64,000 nucleotides of DNA. Source: a phage. The DNA is taken from assembly GCA_021469345.1 (NCBI GenBank), contig GCA_021469345.1_3049.1. One strand, 5' to 3'. Of the stretch, positions 62,613 to 64,000 are shown piece after piece. The notes under the pieces are model-generated. The model ran no database searches. It worked only from the letters and a program-made list of their open reading frames with translations, and was not told the DNA's origin. The stretch's first letter is position 1. Every line of letters starts with the position of its first letter. Made by a program: the position numbers and the translations under genes.

Positions 62613-63017
62613 ATGAATATTAACGAATATTATGTTTATGCTGGGGATTATGCAAATCCTTCTCATTTTGAAGGTAATTTAATACCTGATAGAGTTTTTA
62701 ATACTCCTTTTGAAGCGTGGAGTTGGGTTGAAAGTAAAAATGGATTTTCTTATCGTTATGTTGAAGTAACTGATTGGAAAGGAACTAAATATCCTAAAGA
62801 GCATTATTATGTAGACCCATCTAAAGTAAATTTTCTTTTGTTCGCAGGCGATAATTACTATCCTTGCGGTGGATATGATGATTTGATTGCGTATGCTGAA
62901 ACAGAAGATGAATTACGCCAAATTATTGAAGACAATAAATCAAAACGATTTGGCGATAGTTTTGACTGGTGGCAAATCGTAAATGCCCATACACATACTA
63001 TTGTTGATAAAGGTTAA
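62613..63017 (+). CDS. hypothetical protein
   Basis: 134-aa ORF, ATG overlapping upstream stop. Confidence 0.5.
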   Translation: MNINEYYVYAGDYANPSHFEGNLIPDRVFNTPFEAWSWVESKNGFSYRYVEVTDWKGTKYPKEHYYVDPSKVNFLLFAGDNYYPCGGYDDLIAYAETEDELRQIIEDNKSKRFGDSFDWWQIVNAHTHTIVDKG

Positions 63018-63019
63018 TA

Positions 63020-63307
63020 ATGATTCTTTATGCGAAAGTATCATCCATTGAAAATGGATATAAATATGATCAAGAAGCAGCTAAAGCCTTGATTGATGAT
63101 TATGGCATTTTAACATGTTTTGAAGTTGAAAAGGTTTACATTGATCGTTCATCTTCTCAAGTTAAATTAGTGAAGGAAGACCGTAAATTTAACACAGTTA
63201 ACTTTGATTTCTTTATTGAAACGGAAAAAGGTCCTCTTGAATATGATATTTTCAAGAATCCTTTGGGTCTTGAATGCATCGTAAATATGTATCAGCATAA
63301 ATGGTAA
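63020..63307 (+). CDS. hypothetical protein
   Basis: 95-aa ORF; SD AAGG. Confidence 0.5.
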   Translation: MILYAKVSSIENGYKYDQEAAKALIDDYGILTCFEVEKVYIDRSSSQVKLVKEDRKFNTVNFDFFIETEKGPLEYDIFKNPLGLECIVNMYQHKW

Positions 63308-63344
63308 ATATGCTTTAAGAATTATTTGTTATTATTAACTCATA
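63301..63344. repeat. ~45-bp near-identical repeat, copy 2
   Basis: Matches 6254-6298. Confidence 0.8.
63311..63340 (+). promoter_or_regulatory. middle-mode promoter (MotA box + -10) upstream of the tRNA cluster
   Basis: TGCTTTA at 63311-63317 then tattat about 12 nt downstream. Confidence 0.5.
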
Positions 63345-63404
63345 CCGCACTGATTAATACCCTCTATCATCAAGGGTTCTTGTTTGAGAGCCTTTGTTAA
63401 TAAT

Positions 63405-63477
63405 TGGGAATTAGCCAAGTTGGTAAGGCATAGCACTTTGACTGCTAGATGCAAAGGTTCGAGTCCTTTATTCCCAG
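63405..63477 (+). tRNA. tRNA-Gln (anticodon UUG)
   Basis: Cloverleaf by eye: acceptor tgggaat/attccca, anticodon stem tagca/tgcta, loop cuUUGac, T-loop GGTTCGAGTCC. Confidence 0.85.
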
Positions 63478-63478
63478 C

Positions 63479-63565
63479 GCGAGAATGGTCAAATTGGTAA
63501 AGGCACAGCACTTAAAATGCTGCGGAATAATTTCCTTGTGGGTTCGAGTCCCACTTCTCGCACCA
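63479..63565 (+). tRNA. tRNA-Leu (anticodon UAA), long variable arm, CCA encoded
   Basis: Acceptor gcgagaa/ttctcgc, anticodon stem cagca/tgctg, loop cuUAAaa, GGTTCGAGTCC. Confidence 0.85.
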
Positions 63566-63570
63566 AATTT

Positions 63571-63644
<74 letters not shown>

Positions 63645-63654
63645 ATTTAATTTA

Positions 63655-63728
63655 CTCCGTGTAGCTCAGTTTGGTAGAGCGTCTGCTTTGGGAGCAGAAT
63701 GTCGTAGGTTCAAATCCTGCCACGGAGA
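63655..63728 (+). tRNA. tRNA-Pro (anticodon UGG)
   Basis: Acceptor ctccgtg/cacggag, anticodon stem tctgc/gcaga, loop uuUGGga, GGTTCAAATCC. Confidence 0.85.
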
Positions 63729-63730
63729 CT

Positions 63731-63817
63731 GGAGGCGTGGCAGAGTGGTTTAATGCACCGGTCTTGAAAACCGGCAGTCGCTCCGGCGACTCATAGGTTC
63801 AAATCCTATCGCCTCCG
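63731..63817 (+). tRNA. tRNA-Ser (anticodon UGA), long variable arm
   Basis: Acceptor ggaggcg/cgcctcc, anticodon stem ccggt/accgg, loop cuUGAaa, GGTTCAAATCC. Confidence 0.85.
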
Positions 63818-63819
63818 TT

Positions 63820-63895
63820 GCTGATTTAGCTCAGTAGGTAGAGCACCTCACTTGTAATGAGGATGTCGGCGGTTCGATCCCGTCAATCAGCACCA
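63820..63895 (+). tRNA. tRNA-Thr (anticodon UGU), CCA encoded
   Basis: Acceptor gctgatt/aatcagc, anticodon stem cctca/tgagg, loop cuUGUaa, GGTTCGATCC. Confidence 0.85.
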
Positions 63896-63896
63896 A

Positions 63897-63968
63897 GGCC
63901 CTGTAGCTGGAAGGTTCAAGCAAGCGACTCATAATCGCCAGATGGTGGTTCAATTCCACCCAGGGCCA
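63897..63968 (+). tRNA. tRNA with CAU anticodon (Ile-type, as T4 tRNA-Ile, or Met)
   Basis: Acceptor ggccctg/cagggcc, loop cuCAUaa, GGTTCAATTCC; order Gln-Leu-Gly-Pro-Ser-Thr-Ile matches T4 tRNA subcluster 1. Confidence 0.7.
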
Positions 63969-64000
63969 TATTTTGGGAACATAAATACTCTTAGAAATAG

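Overview
This window is a T-even (T4-like, Tevenvirinae) myovirus genome segment in reverse orientation relative to the standard T4 map, running from the 3' end of denA through rnlA, alc, pseT, cd, 31, rIII, 30 and alt, then the near-complete late structural module (54-48-29-28-27-51 / 26-25 / uvsY / uvsW / inh-hoc-rnlB / 24-23-22-21-68-67-20-19-18-17-16-15-14-13-wac-12-11-10-9-8-7-6-5.4-5.1-5-53 / 4-2-3-1-57A-57B) and ending in an internal-protein-like locus and a cluster of 7 tRNA genes. Gene order, protein lengths and many remembered T4 sequences match closely, but not identically, so I call it T4 or a very close relative; all identifications are from memory and motifs, with no database search. 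I did not find a wholly novel multi-gene system: the window is canonical T-even core genome. The observations most worth a second look are: (1) hoc is split by a frameshift; (2) a degraded 5' copy of alt lies just downstream of alt; (3) a NADAR/YbiA-like protein sits in the gene 30.x cluster; (4) the internal-protein locus carries a capsid-targeting-like N-terminus; (5) perfect promoter-bearing direct repeats occur kilobases apart; (6) early promoters have their -10 elements embedded in inverted repeats; (7) the homing-endonuclease genes that T4 carries at three junctions are absent. Several ORF-track starts use GTG/TTG and were moved to ATG codons with Shine-Dalgarno support.
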